Source: an uncultured Candidatus Saccharibacteria bacterium
GTDB taxonomy: Bacteria > Patescibacteriota > Doudnabacteria > UBA920
Length of the DNA stretch: 64,000 nt
Direction: 5' to 3'
NCBI GenBank assembly: GCA_964473815.1
Contig: CAYYQK010000002.1
Location: 105,128 to 169,127, forward strand
Part shown: piece by piece, positions 7,858 to 17,433 of the stretch
Layout: each line of letters starts with the position of its first letter
Position numbering within the stretch: position 1 is the stretch's first letter
Made by a program: the position numbers and the translations under genes
The notes under the pieces: generated by a model
What the model was told of the DNA's origin: nothing
What the model saw: the letters and a program-made list of their open reading frames with translations, nothing else
The model's database searches: none

Positions 7858-8963
7858 TAGGATTCCTTATTTCTAATTAAAAGTCTAGCATACACAGCTT
7901 TAAAGCCTTCTGGTGTTTTTAGTACACTCCTTGCGTTCAAATCATTATATTTAGGGTGATCATCTATTGTATATTTTTTCTTACGCATCCCTGATGTATT
8001 TTGTCTATCGGTAATACCAAGTATTTCAAATTGTTCAGGATTGTACTTATCTAAGAAAGTAATAGGTACGCCCATTGTATCTTTGTAATCTTTAGGAATA
8101 TCAGAAGTTTTACTTACTTCAATTGCATCATAGTTGTCATAGTGTGGATACTCTTCCGGAGAATAATTTTTGTATAAGACTAAATCCGTATGACGTTCTG
8201 TGTAATCTAGATTTGTAAACCAACGAACACCTTTCACTCGAATAAATTTATTACCCTCACTATCCACTCTTGTCCCGGCTGCATTGAGAGGGTAATCATC
8301 AGGAACTCTGAACTCTCTATCACCACTATGAATACTTTGCCCTAACCACATTTTGTTATGTTGGACTAGAGGAAATACTTCTTTGTAAGTTATAGCATTG
8401 ATGTTTCCAAGTACTAGGAACTTTTTATTGTGTTCGACTAGCTGTGCTATAAATTCTCGGAATAAAGAGAATGGTGGATTCGTAACAACAATATCTGATT
8501 CCTTTAACAGATTAATACATTCGTCGCTACGAAAATCGCCGCTACCTTTTAATGGTGTTGCTGAGTTTTTGTCATGCTGAAGTAGAAACTTAACATCATC
8601 TAAATTAATAGCACCATCCCCGTCTGTATCAGGTACAGCATTGATCTCTAACTTAAATGGTTCTAATCCTGTTGGCTTCAGTCCCTCCATCTCAAATAAG
8701 GGTAATTGTCTTCCCACAATTGGAGACTTCATGTAGCTAGTGCTGATAAGTTTCTTCAAACCTAAAGCATTAAAGTTTGCAGCAAAGTATTTAAAAAAAT
8801 TACTTTCAAAAGGGTCATCACAGTTACAATACACCACCTTATCCCTAAATTGTTCTTTATAATGTTTAAGCTCTTTTTCAATATCAACTAGTTGAGTATA
8901 AAACTCATCTTTTTTAGCTTGTCCTGCTTGGTTTAAATTTGTGTTTAAGGGAGTATTAGGCAT
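7857..8963 (-). CDS. N6-adenine DNA methyltransferase
   Basis: catalytic motif IV NPPF (IVVTNPPFS), N-terminal DEFYTQ motif; SAM-binding fold. Confidence 0.75.
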   Translation of the reverse strand: MPNTPLNTNLNQAGQAKKDEFYTQLVDIEKELKHYKEQFRDKVVYCNCDDPFESNFFKYFAANFNALGLKKLISTSYMKSPIVGRQLPLFEMEGLKPTGLEPFKLEINAVPDTDGDGAINLDDVKFLLQHDKNSATPLKGSGDFRSDECINLLKESDIVVTNPPFSLFREFIAQLVEHNKKFLVLGNINAITYKEVFPLVQHNKMWLGQSIHSGDREFRVPDDYPLNAAGTRVDSEGNKFIRVKGVRWFTNLDYTERHTDLVLYKNYSPEEYPHYDNYDAIEVSKTSDIPKDYKDTMGVPITFLDKYNPEQFEILGITDRQNTSGMRKKKYTIDDHPKYNDLNARSVLKTPEGFKAVYARLLIRNKES

Positions 8964-9267
8964 TAAAGTTGACTTAACTAAAGTAATTATAGACTTATCC
9001 GAGGAAAAAGAGAATATGAGTGTGTATAATGAAAGGTATACTATCGTACACCTATGAAACTGATAATATTTTTCTTCGTAAAACTACCTCGACATTCCCC
9101 TTGTCCTGACCATTGGCTAATGCTACCCCCCACTGCTCAAAATTACGGAACCATTTGTAAAAAGTGCCTTTGGAAGACACTACCAACAGGAGGAAATATG
9201 AGACCAGTAAAGTTATTTAACAGGTATTGGAATCATTAAAAAATTGGTATAATACCAACACAACACA

Positions 9268-9672
9268 TTGCCTAACCCCTACTTTGTAGGATATGGCATT
9301 AAATCCGATCAAGATATAGAACCTCTCGTCAGGGTCCTTGATCGGTCGTATCTGGAAACGGATATGTTGATCCGAAAGGGTCAAACTTGGCGGGGGGCTT
9401 TTTGTTCCCCAGTCATACAATTAAAACCGATCAAGGAAATGTCTAAATTGAATACTAAAAAAGTAATAGGTTTCCTATTACGACCTTTGTCATTATTTAT
9501 AGTATTGGTGCTACTGTACTGGGGGTTTACTTCTTCTGGAGATGTTAAGGAAATAGCGTTGAACTTCATTATTATTGCTATGTCCATAATGGTTGTCGGA
9601 ATTATATTTAATGATGTTTGGGATAGTGATGAAGTGCCTAATTGGATTCGTAAGTATTTTAGAAAGAGATAA
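9268..9672 (+). CDS. hypothetical small membrane protein
   Basis: 134-aa ORF with TM helices (LLRPLSLFIVLVLLYWGF; IIIAMSIMVVGIIF). Confidence 0.3.
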   Translation: MPNPYFVGYGIKSDQDIEPLVRVLDRSYLETDMLIRKGQTWRGAFCSPVIQLKPIKEMSKLNTKKVIGFLLRPLSLFIVLVLLYWGFTSSGDVKEIALNFIIIAMSIMVVGIIFNDVWDSDEVPNWIRKYFRKR

Positions 9673-10235
9673 TGTCAGCAGAATTAATAACATTTTTCCA
9701 TAACTCCGACGAATTACGTTCGGAGTTTTCTCATAAGGATTCAAATAGACCATGTTTCTATTGGTTTGCTGACAGATTCCATAGTCATACTGGTTATCTA
9801 AAAAAAGATAAGTATTTCTATATGTTTGTAAAAGACCCAATTAAAGAATCAATCACATTAATACCTCGTAATAATGAGGACCATAGTTTTCATGCTTTGT
9901 ACAACGACTTCCTTTTCTTTAAACACAATACAGATTATCAGGAATATTTAGAGCCTCCTATTTTAATGTCGTATGATAGAATCGTTCCTGATTTGATTGC
10001 AGAATACTCAGAAGAAACAAATGAGTATAAGATTGTGAAACCAGATATCTTTAAACATATGCGATTCAAGTTATATGACGATTCATATAAACATCAATGG
10101 GCTAAAGGTCCAAAATTTACAGATATTCAAGTATTGAATAAATCGCTCCCTTTACTAGCAAATTCATTGCCGCTAACTGATCCTAAAATCAGAAATGGAA
10201 AGTATATTTTCAAAAACTGGTTAGGTGCATATTAG
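9672..10235 (+). CDS. hypothetical protein
   Basis: 187-aa ORF in island, start overlaps preceding ORF. Confidence 0.4.
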   Translation: MSAELITFFHNSDELRSEFSHKDSNRPCFYWFADRFHSHTGYLKKDKYFYMFVKDPIKESITLIPRNNEDHSFHALYNDFLFFKHNTDYQEYLEPPILMSYDRIVPDLIAEYSEETNEYKIVKPDIFKHMRFKLYDDSYKHQWAKGPKFTDIQVLNKSLPLLANSLPLTDPKIRNGKYIFKNWLGAY

Positions 10236-10371
10236 TGCATATTTTGAAAAACTAAGATTACGTCACTTTAGGTCGTAATTAAATACCTTTGATAATTAGG
10301 TTAAACGCTATGTATTTCGCGCAAAACTAGCTCAAATTCATGCGTTTATATCGGAAACCAAGAGTTATATA

Positions 10372-10400
10372 TTGACGCACAGAAAACTCTAAAGTACAAT
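10372..10400 (+). promoter_or_regulatory. sigma70-like promoter (TTGACG-17-TACAAT)
   Basis: near-consensus -35/-10 with 17-bp spacer upstream of 10511 ORF. Confidence 0.4.
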
Positions 10401-10510
10401 GCTTTTACTGGATAAAGAAAATTAGAGAAGAAACCTCTCGTTTCGGCAACTAATGCCCCAGATAAAAAACTCGTGCTAACCATGGCACCATAATTAAGTT
10501 TTTTATCGGG

Positions 10511-10882
10511 GTGTTGTTTTTTACCAACACACTCGATGTTGGTTTTATTATGCCTAGAATAAAGTTTGGTTATGATTCAAATTACATTAAAGTGTATGGA
10601 CGAGCTCAATCGCATTTCAATTTAAGACCCATAGAAGGTTTACTTTTGGGTTTGGTAGAAAGTATGTCTTCTCAAAAAGGTTATTGCTATGCAACCAAGG
10701 AAACTTTGGCAGGAATATTGAATGTAAATACAAGCACTGTCTATTACACAATGAACAAGTTAATTAGAAAAGGTTTATTGATTTCCAAACCAGTAGGATT
10801 CAGTAAAGCGCAATTAATGTGTACAGATGAATGGTATGACTTTATAGGAGAACTTAGACAAAGTTTTTCGCCAGATGATTAA
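10511..10882 (+). CDS. winged-helix DNA-binding protein (MarR/PadR-like), possible island regulator; start may be 10550
   Basis: motif ETLAGILNVNTSTVYYTMNKLIRKGLL resembles wHTH recognition helix. Confidence 0.4.
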   Translation: MLFFTNTLDVGFIMPRIKFGYDSNYIKVYGRAQSHFNLRPIEGLLLGLVESMSSQKGYCYATKETLAGILNVNTSTVYYTMNKLIRKGLLISKPVGFSKAQLMCTDEWYDFIGELRQSFSPDD

Positions 10883-11407
10883 TGTCAATTTGTGGTTCTA
10901 GATCCATTTAGCCTCCGAATTTCAGAATGGCCCTATTAAATTCAGAGTCCTAAGACTATGAAATTAAAAGTAAAAATACTCTTAAATTCAGAGCTAATAT
11001 ATATAATCATATTTATAAATCATATTTAAAGATTAATACCCATATTTTGTAAAATATACAAAATATGGGAAACAGCACAAGATAATGAATCAAATAAATG
11101 AAAAACAAATACAAGAATTTATAGATCTATATAAGTTAAAGTATGGAGTAACTATAAGTCGTGAAGAAGCTATCATTCAATCAAGAAAATTATTAGATCT
11201 TGTTAAGCTTGTTTATAAACCAATAAAAAAAGATTCTGATAAAGAGTAGTTGTCCCCCGTGCCAAGAGGAATCGTATCAGTGATAATGTAATTAACAACT
11301 ATCACGTGCCTAGCTAACAATTTGTTTTGATAATTCCTTTATTGGAATAGTCTTTATCTGAAACATTGGGTTCGGATAGTTGTTGAGACTATTCCTTTTT
11401 TGTATTT

Positions 11408-13081
11408 ATGAAAGTATCTAATCCAAAACTTAGATATGTGGTTTATGCACGTAAATCCACTGATTCCGAAGATAGACAGGTTCAATCAGTAGACGACCAA
11501 TTAAGAGAGCTAGAACCAATTATTACCCAAAACAGCCTAAATGTAGTTAGGTATTTTGAGGAATCTAAGTCTGCCAAAAGACGTGGAAGACCAATGTTTA
11601 ATGAAATGATGGATATGATTCAAAATGGTAAAGCTGATGGTATTATTTGTTGGAAACCAAATCGGTTATCCCGTAATGCATATGACGGAGGACTGATACA
11701 AGGAATGCTTACTGATAATATTATTCAATCCATAGTTACTCCATCTAAAGAGCATTTGCCCCAAGATAACGTTATGTTATTAACTGTTGAATTAGGCATG
11801 GCTAATCAGTTTAGTTTGGATTTGGGGCGTGATGTTAGCCGTGGAATGCAGAGTAAAGCAAATAAAGGGTGGTTACCTGAGAAAGCACCACTAGGATACC
11901 TTAACGATCCGCTAGGTTTGAAAGGTGAAAAGAAAATATTTATTGATGAGGAAAGATTCCCATTAGTTAGAAAAATGTGGGACTTGATGTTAACAGGAAA
12001 CTATACTGTTAAGCAATTAAGAGATCTTTCCCATAATGAATGGGGTTTGAAGACAAGGGCTAGTAGGAATCTATCTAGCAAGATGCTAAGTCTGAGCGGA
12101 GCGTATAGAATATTCACAAATACATTTTATTATGGCGAGTATTCATATAAAGGAGAGGTAATTCAAGGTAAACATCAACCCATGGTAACTAAGGAAGAAT
12201 TTGATCGAGTCCAAAAGTTACTTGGTAGAGCTGGTAAACCGAGACCTAAATATAAACGATTGCCATTTAATGGTGTGATTAGATGTGGAGAATGTGGATC
12301 CATGATTACTTGTGATGAGAAAGTGAAACGTTCAAAACAACCAAATGTACAGCCAAAGCATTATTTATATCACAGATGTACAGGTAAGAGTCATGATTCT
12401 TGTTTTCAAGAACCAATCACCTATCAGGATCTAGCTAATCAAATTACTGGTTATCTTGGTAGTATTACTATATCTCAAGAACTATTAGAATGGTCATTAA
12501 AAATATTGCGTCAAAATAATCAAATAGAAGACACTAATCGCTCCATAATAATAAAAAACCTAAAAAAAGATTTGGAGTCCGTTTCAGAAAAGAATAAGAA
12601 TTTGATTGATCTCTTTCTTTCAGGAAGTAATAAAGATCGAAGTATGCTCACTGAAGAAGAATATATCAATCAGAAGAATACTTTTACAGCTGAGAAATCT
12701 AGAATTGAAGGTGAATTAAGAAAAATTGAAACTAATGACGGTGGTTTACTTGAGTTAACTGAGAAGACATTTGAGTTTGCTACTTATGCTAGATCTCATT
12801 TCCAAAATGGCGACTATGAAACACAAACTCGTATATTACTGAATCTTGGGCAGAAAATAGTCTTAAAAGATAAAAAGCTAGTTATAGAATTACAGAAACC
12901 TTACTCAATTATAAAAAATGGACTAGAAAAAATGAGTTCAATTATGATATCGGTCGAACAAGAAGAACGCCTTATACCTAAAAGGAAAAACACTCCTTTA
13001 GAGAGTGTTTATTCCATGTGGAGCGGCCAAGGGGAATCGAACCCCTATCCCTTCCTTGGCAAGGAAGAGTTCTACCATTGA
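11408..13081 (+). CDS. large serine recombinase (resolvase/invertase catalytic domain + recombinase domain + zinc ribbon)
   Basis: N-terminal YVVYARKSTDSEDRQ...SVDDQ catalytic-Ser motif; CGECGS...HRCTG zinc ribbon; coiled-coil C-terminus; last ~63 nt overlap tRNA-Gly on opposite strand. Confidence 0.85.
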   Translation: MKVSNPKLRYVVYARKSTDSEDRQVQSVDDQLRELEPIITQNSLNVVRYFEESKSAKRRGRPMFNEMMDMIQNGKADGIICWKPNRLSRNAYDGGLIQGMLTDNIIQSIVTPSKEHLPQDNVMLLTVELGMANQFSLDLGRDVSRGMQSKANKGWLPEKAPLGYLNDPLGLKGEKKIFIDEERFPLVRKMWDLMLTGNYTVKQLRDLSHNEWGLKTRASRNLSSKMLSLSGAYRIFTNTFYYGEYSYKGEVIQGKHQPMVTKEEFDRVQKLLGRAGKPRPKYKRLPFNGVIRCGECGSMITCDEKVKRSKQPNVQPKHYLYHRCTGKSHDSCFQEPITYQDLANQITGYLGSITISQELLEWSLKILRQNNQIEDTNRSIIIKNLKKDLESVSEKNKNLIDLFLSGSNKDRSMLTEEEYINQKNTFTAEKSRIEGELRKIETNDGGLLELTEKTFEFATYARSHFQNGDYETQTRILLNLGQKIVLKDKKLVIELQKPYSIIKNGLEKMSSIMISVEQEERLIPKRKNTPLESVYSMWSGQGESNPYPFLGKEEFYH

Positions 13082-13092
13082 ACCATGGCCGC
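13019..13092 (-). tRNA. tRNA-Gly (GCC)
   Basis: cloverleaf read by eye: acceptor GCGGCCA/TGGCCGC, anticodon loop TTGCCAA, T-loop GGTTCGATTCC, encoded CCA. Confidence 0.85.
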
Positions 13093-13122
13093 ACGCTATT
13101 ATAAATATAAGTAAATTTTTGC

Positions 13123-13197
13123 TGGTGCCGCGAGTCAGAATTGAACTGACGACACGACGCTCTTCAGGCGTCTGCTCTACCACTGAGCTACCGCGGC
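13123..13197 (-). tRNA. tRNA-Phe (GAA)
   Basis: acceptor GCCGCGG, D-arm GCTCAGTGGTAGAGC, anticodon loop CTGAAGA, T-loop TTCAATT, CCA. Confidence 0.85.
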
Positions 13198-13220
13198 ATA
13201 AATGTGGTTTTAATTTTTGT

Positions 13221-13297
13221 TGGTGGGCGATAAAGGATTCGAACCTTTGACATCTTCGGTGTAAACGAAGCGCTCTGACCAGCTGAGCTAATCGCCC
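13221..13297 (-). tRNA. tRNA-Val (TAC)
   Basis: acceptor GGGCGAT/ATCGCCC, anticodon loop TTTACAC, T-loop GGTTCGAATCC, CCA. Confidence 0.85.
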
Positions 13298-13332
13298 TAA
13301 TGTTCGCTTGTGCGAAAACTTTGTAAAATTTT

Positions 13333-13419
13333 TGGTGCCCGAGAGAGGACTTGAACCTCCACGGGATTAATCCCACTACCACCTCAAGGTAGCGCGTCTG
13401 CCAGTTCCGCCACCCGGGC
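13333..13419 (-). tRNA. tRNA-Leu (GAG), long variable arm
   Basis: acceptor GCCCGGG, anticodon loop TTGAGGT, long extra arm, T-loop GGTTCAAGTCC, CCA. Confidence 0.85.
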
Positions 13420-13497
13420 TTGGGAACAATTTATCCAAAAATCCTTCTAATTATAGTGCAGATTATGGAAATTGTCCAGTCTCTCTTAATTTTGATG

Positions 13498-14448
13498 CTA
13501 GATAACCTTCCAATGCCCGCGATCATCTTTGGCTAAACGACCGTATAAAGAAAATCCGGCTGCGAGTTTGTGTCCCCCGCCACCCAAAGATTGGGCAATA
13601 GCTTGCACATCAACCCCTTTGTACTCTTCACTGCGCAAGCTGCCTTTAATCAGATCTTCTTTTTCTTGTTTTAAAAACATTGCAAATTTGGCCTCCGGAA
13701 CCTTATTTAAGGTTTCGGCGATACCTTCAAAAGCAGACATTGGCGGATTACCCAAAGATGCCAGTTCATCGCTGGTGATAACTGAATAGATCATTTTTTT
13801 GACTGGATCGTAGTGTGCATTTCCCAGCGCATGCGCCCAGGCTTTTAAACTTTCTAAATCTTTAGTTTGGTAAGTGTGTTTTGTGATAGTCGATACCCGC
13901 GCGCCGTGTTCCATTAATTCCGCTGCAGCTGCGAGCGTGCTCGCCTCTGTGTTGCTGTGCATAAAAATTCCTGTATCAGTAATAATTCCTGTCAGCATGC
14001 ATAGCGCAATGTCATGCGTAATTTCCCAACCGCAAAATTTAAAAAAATCATAAGTTAGTTCAGCTACCGCAGATTTAGTAGAATCAACCACATTCACTGT
14101 ACCGTAATTGGTATTGTCTGGATGATGATCTAAATTAATAATTGGAATTTTTAATTCCATAATTTCTGCGTGTCCCACGCGAGCCAAACTACTACAGCCA
14201 GAAATTACTAATACATCAAATTTTTCATTGGGTAATTTTTCTAGAACTTTGTCCGACATTGGTAAATATTTCAAAGCATCGGGAACACCGCCTTCAATTA
14301 CAACGGCAACCTTTTTGCCAATGCCAGAAAGAAAATTGCCCAAAGCTAAAACCGAACCGAGGTCATCACCGTCGGTTCTCATGTGCGTAGTTAATAAAAT
14401 TGTATTGCTTTCTTCAAGCAATTTTTTAGCCTGTGCAAATTCTGTCAT
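13498..14448 (-). CDS. nrnA: DHH/DHHA1 phosphoesterase (NrnA-like oligoribonuclease/pAp phosphatase)
   Basis: DHH motif (LDHHPDN), DGDDLGS, C-terminal GGGGH (DHHA1). Confidence 0.75.
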   Translation of the reverse strand: MTEFAQAKKLLEESNTILLTTHMRTDGDDLGSVLALGNFLSGIGKKVAVVIEGGVPDALKYLPMSDKVLEKLPNEKFDVLVISGCSSLARVGHAEIMELKIPIINLDHHPDNTNYGTVNVVDSTKSAVAELTYDFFKFCGWEITHDIALCMLTGIITDTGIFMHSNTEASTLAAAAELMEHGARVSTITKHTYQTKDLESLKAWAHALGNAHYDPVKKMIYSVITSDELASLGNPPMSAFEGIAETLNKVPEAKFAMFLKQEKEDLIKGSLRSEEYKGVDVQAIAQSLGGGGHKLAAGFSLYGRLAKDDRGHWKVI

Positions 14449-14449
14449 G

Positions 14450-14806
14450 CTACTCTTCCTCTTCTTCGTGAATTTCTTTGATGATCTCGTCGATGTGTTG
14501 TGCGTATCGCGGCGTTGTATCTAAGAAAAATTGTAAGCGAGGTGTCATTTTCATTCCTAAATGCCGATTCAGCTCGCCTTGAATATCGTAAAGATTTGAA
14601 TTAATTTCGGAAAAAATCGCATCATCATCGCCACCGACAATTGAGATATAAACTTTTGCCCAGCGCGAATCGCCACTGGTTTCTACTCGGGAAACCGTAA
14701 CAAGACCGCCATTGGTTTCAATGGTGTCTTTTAAAATTTCACCAACTTGCTGCTGGATTAAAGAGTTTAATTTTTCTTTGCGATTGGTAGGTTTAGGGGT
14801 AGTCAT
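14450..14806 (-). CDS. rbfA: ribosome-binding factor A
   Basis: length, KH-like RbfA pattern, position immediately downstream of infB operon. Confidence 0.8.
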   Translation of the reverse strand: MTTPKPTNRKEKLNSLIQQQVGEILKDTIETNGGLVTVSRVETSGDSRWAKVYISIVGGDDDAIFSEINSNLYDIQGELNRHLGMKMTPRLQFFLDTTPRYAQHIDEIIKEIHEEEEE

Positions 14807-14945
14807 AAATTTATATGAAAAAATACTATAACAAACTAACTCTATTATAGCAAGGCCGCATAAATTTAATAGAAAAAATGCCCGCCGCCGTGATCTGTTT
14901 ATCAGGGCGCCGGGACTTGGTGTGTCATTCGGTAACGCGATCTTC

Positions 14946-15281
14946 TTACCGTTGCGAAGCGATGAACTCGCGGATCTTGGATTTTACCGCGGCCACCCTA
15001 TCTTCGTTGCAGTCTTCAGGGAACTGAAACACAGGGACCTTCACTGTTCTGAAGGCTTCTTCGTTTTCGTTCCAGGTTCGCTCCGACACCACCATCAGTT
15101 TCGTTACCTTGGGTGGATCCAACAACCCGATAAGCGAACTTTCTAAAATTACACACAGATCTTCTTTGAGCTCCTCGAGAGTTAAGTGAATTTTCTCGTT
15201 CACCTTATCTTCCTCAGGAAGCAATGAGAAGTATGTAGTAGTATAAAGTCTTAGTGATTTAGCCTGAGCCACTTCACTCAT
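14946..15281 (-). CDS. hypothetical protein in infB-rbfA operon (possibly DUF503/YlxP-like)
   Basis: 111-aa ORF between infB and rbfA, position typical of ylxP; no firm motif. Confidence 0.4.
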   Translation of the reverse strand: MSEVAQAKSLRLYTTTYFSLLPEEDKVNEKIHLTLEELKEDLCVILESSLIGLLDPPKVTKLMVVSERTWNENEEAFRTVKVPVFQFPEDCNEDRVAAVKSKIREFIASQR

Positions 15282-15310
15282 TATGCTGTCCTCCTTGCGT
15301 TGATTTTTTA

Positions 15311-15350
15311 GTCTAAATAAAAAGACTCTATATTCTAACTTATAGAGTCT
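15311..15350. terminator. bidirectional hairpin terminator downstream of infB (agactctata...tatagagtct flanked by T/A runs)
   Basis: 10-bp perfect inverted repeat with T-runs on both strands. Confidence 0.55.
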
Positions 15351-17328
15351 TTTGTTTCAAGGTTTCTTCGAAACTTTCGATTGTATCGCCTTCGCGGAGT
15401 TTAACATTAGTTTTCAGTTTCATACCGAATTCGTTACCGCGACTAACTTCTTTGGTGTCGACTTTATTTTGTTGTAAGTCAATAATTTCTCCGCGTCCAA
15501 TTTCGACCATGTCTCCTTCAGCAATATTGCCGGCCTCAACTTCCGGATGTCCGGCTTCAGCTTTACGCCAAATCGCAATTGGTTTAGATTTGCGAAGTTC
15601 GCCATCATCAACTCGCCCGCCAATAATCATTTGTGATTTTTCGGTGCGGAAGATTGCCAGTATCGTGCCTTTACCGAATGTTGCTTTTTCCATTTCTGGA
15701 GTGAACATGGCGATCACAGCGCTGGTAATGTTTTCTAATAGTTCGTAAATAACGTCGTAGCTTTCAACAGCAACTTTCTTTTGCTTGGCAAGATTAATTG
15801 CTTTCGGATTTGTCTTAACCCGGAAAGCAATCACAGTCGCTTTGCTGGAGTCAGCTAGTAAAATATCATTTTCATTAACTTCGCCAATGCCTTCACTTAA
15901 AATTTTAATTTGTACTTCATCGTTTTTCAGTTTCGCAAACGATTGTTGAATCGCTTCCAAAGATCCGGCTACATCAGCCTTCAAAATTAAGTTCAATGTT
16001 TTGCTTTCACTATCACCCTGTAGTTTAGAATGATGAGTCAGCTTGCGACTGTGTTTCATCTTTTGTGCTGTGGTTGCAATAGTGCGTGCTTCTTCCAAGC
16101 TAGCTGTAGTTTGCAAAATGTCGCCTGCTTCTGGTAATTCAGAGAAACCAGAAATCAACGCTGGTCTAGATGGACCGGCAAACTTTAACTTCTTACCGTT
16201 TTCATCTTCTAAAGATTTCACGCGACCAAAACCAGTACCAGCGACCATGATGTCACCAACTTTTAAAGAACCGCTTTGAATAATTACGGTTGCAACTGCG
16301 CCTTTCCCCTGCGCCATATGCGATTCTATTACAGTTCCCAAAATTTTTCCGTCTGGGTTAGCTTTGAAGTCTTCGATTTCGGCTTGCAGTAAAACCATTT
16401 CTAAAAGTTTGTCGATGCCAATATTTTGTTTTGCAGAAATTTCGACTGCAATTGTTTTACCACCCCAGTCTTCTAAGAGCACGCCGTGTTCTGCCAACTC
16501 TTGTTTGGTTTTCATGACATTGGCATTGTCTTTGTCGATTTTGTTAATCGCTACTATTAAAGGAGTGTTGGTAAATTTGGCACGATTAATAACCTCAATG
16601 GTTTGAGGTCGTACGCTGTCGTCTGCAGCAACAACTAAAATAATTAAATCAGTTACGTTCGCACCACGAGCACGCATTTCTACGAACGCTTCGTGTCCAG
16701 GAGTATCTAAAAAGGTAATAACTTTGCCTTCGTGCTTCACCTGGTACGCACCAATGTGCTGAGTGATGCCACCGCTTTCGGTTTCAACAACACTGGCTTT
16801 GCGAATTGCATCTAAAAGAGTAGTTTTACCGTGGTCAACGTGTCCCATTACTGCCACGATTGGGGGACGGGGTTGCATTTGACCGGCGTTGTCATCAGCT
16901 TCTTTATTAAGTTCCTCATGCAAAAAACCAATTCCAAATTCTTTTGTGTCACCCGCAGCTTCTGTCTCAACTTCAAAACCGAGATCCTGCGCAATAATTG
17001 TGGCAGTTTCAAAATCAACTTCTTCGTTAATGGTTGCCATTACGCCATTAGTAATCAAAGCTTTGATTACATCTGTTACTGGTAATTCGAGTAGGTCGGC
17101 AAAGTCACGCACTTTAATGAACGCAGGAAGTGAAACTTTTTTTGGTGGTCCCGCTGGTTTCTTTACTTCTTCTTTCGGCTTTTCGCTTAGTGCTTTAATG
17201 ATGTCATTCGCTAAGTGGTTATCAATTTTGTTAGCACGAGGAGAAATGCGAAAACCGGCTGCGTTCGCTTTGCTTCGCAGTTCTTGAATCGACATATTCA
17301 GTTCGCGTGACAAAGATGATAAATTCAT
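15340..17328 (-). CDS. infB: translation initiation factor IF-2
   Basis: GTPase G-domain [24 protein letters not shown]; full-length C-terminal domains. Confidence 0.95.
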   Translation of the reverse strand: MNLSSLSRELNMSIQELRSKANAAGFRISPRANKIDNHLANDIIKALSEKPKEEVKKPAGPPKKVSLPAFIKVRDFADLLELPVTDVIKALITNGVMATINEEVDFETATIIAQDLGFEVETEAAGDTKEFGIGFLHEELNKEADDNAGQMQPRPPIVAVMGHVDHGKTTLLDAIRKASVVETESGGITQHIGAYQVKHEGKVITFLDTPGHEAFVEMRARGANVTDLIILVVAADDSVRPQTIEVINRAKFTNTPLIVAINKIDKDNANVMKTKQELAEHGVLLEDWGGKTIAVEISAKQNIGIDKLLEMVLLQAEIEDFKANPDGKILGTVIESHMAQGKGAVATVIIQSGSLKVGDIMVAGTGFGRVKSLEDENGKKLKFAGPSRPALISGFSELPEAGDILQTTASLEEARTIATTAQKMKHSRKLTHHSKLQGDSESKTLNLILKADVAGSLEAIQQSFAKLKNDEVQIKILSEGIGEVNENDILLADSSKATVIAFRVKTNPKAINLAKQKKVAVESYDVIYELLENITSAVIAMFTPEMEKATFGKGTILAIFRTEKSQMIIGGRVDDGELRKSKPIAIWRKAEAGHPEVEAGNIAEGDMVEIGRGEIIDLQQNKVDTKEVSRGNEFGMKLKTNVKLREGDTIESFEETLKQKTL

Positions 17329-17433
17329 AAGATTATTTAAGCAAAATTGCTTATAACTGATTAACTATACTGGATTTTTCATAAAAATGCAAGTGTTTTT
17401 ACAAAAAATTAAAACCACCATTGCTTGGTGGTT

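Larger units (their letters stand above)
1128..13092. mobile_element. putative integrated accessory island (AT-rich) bounded by 25-bp repeat on the left and serine recombinase/tRNA-Gly on the right
   Basis: GC content visibly lower than flanking core genes; cargo of defence/MTase/SRAP genes; large serine recombinase at right edge overlapping tRNA-Gly next to a 4-tRNA cluster. Confidence 0.45.

Noticed and set aside
15420-17287. Multiple 60-130-aa ORFs antisense or out of frame within infB (for example 15420..15623, 15452..15748, 16043..16279, 16889..17287)
   Set aside because: They are fully embedded in a high-confidence, motif-rich IF-2 reading frame. They have low-complexity Ser/Ala-rich translations typical of spurious antisense ORFs.
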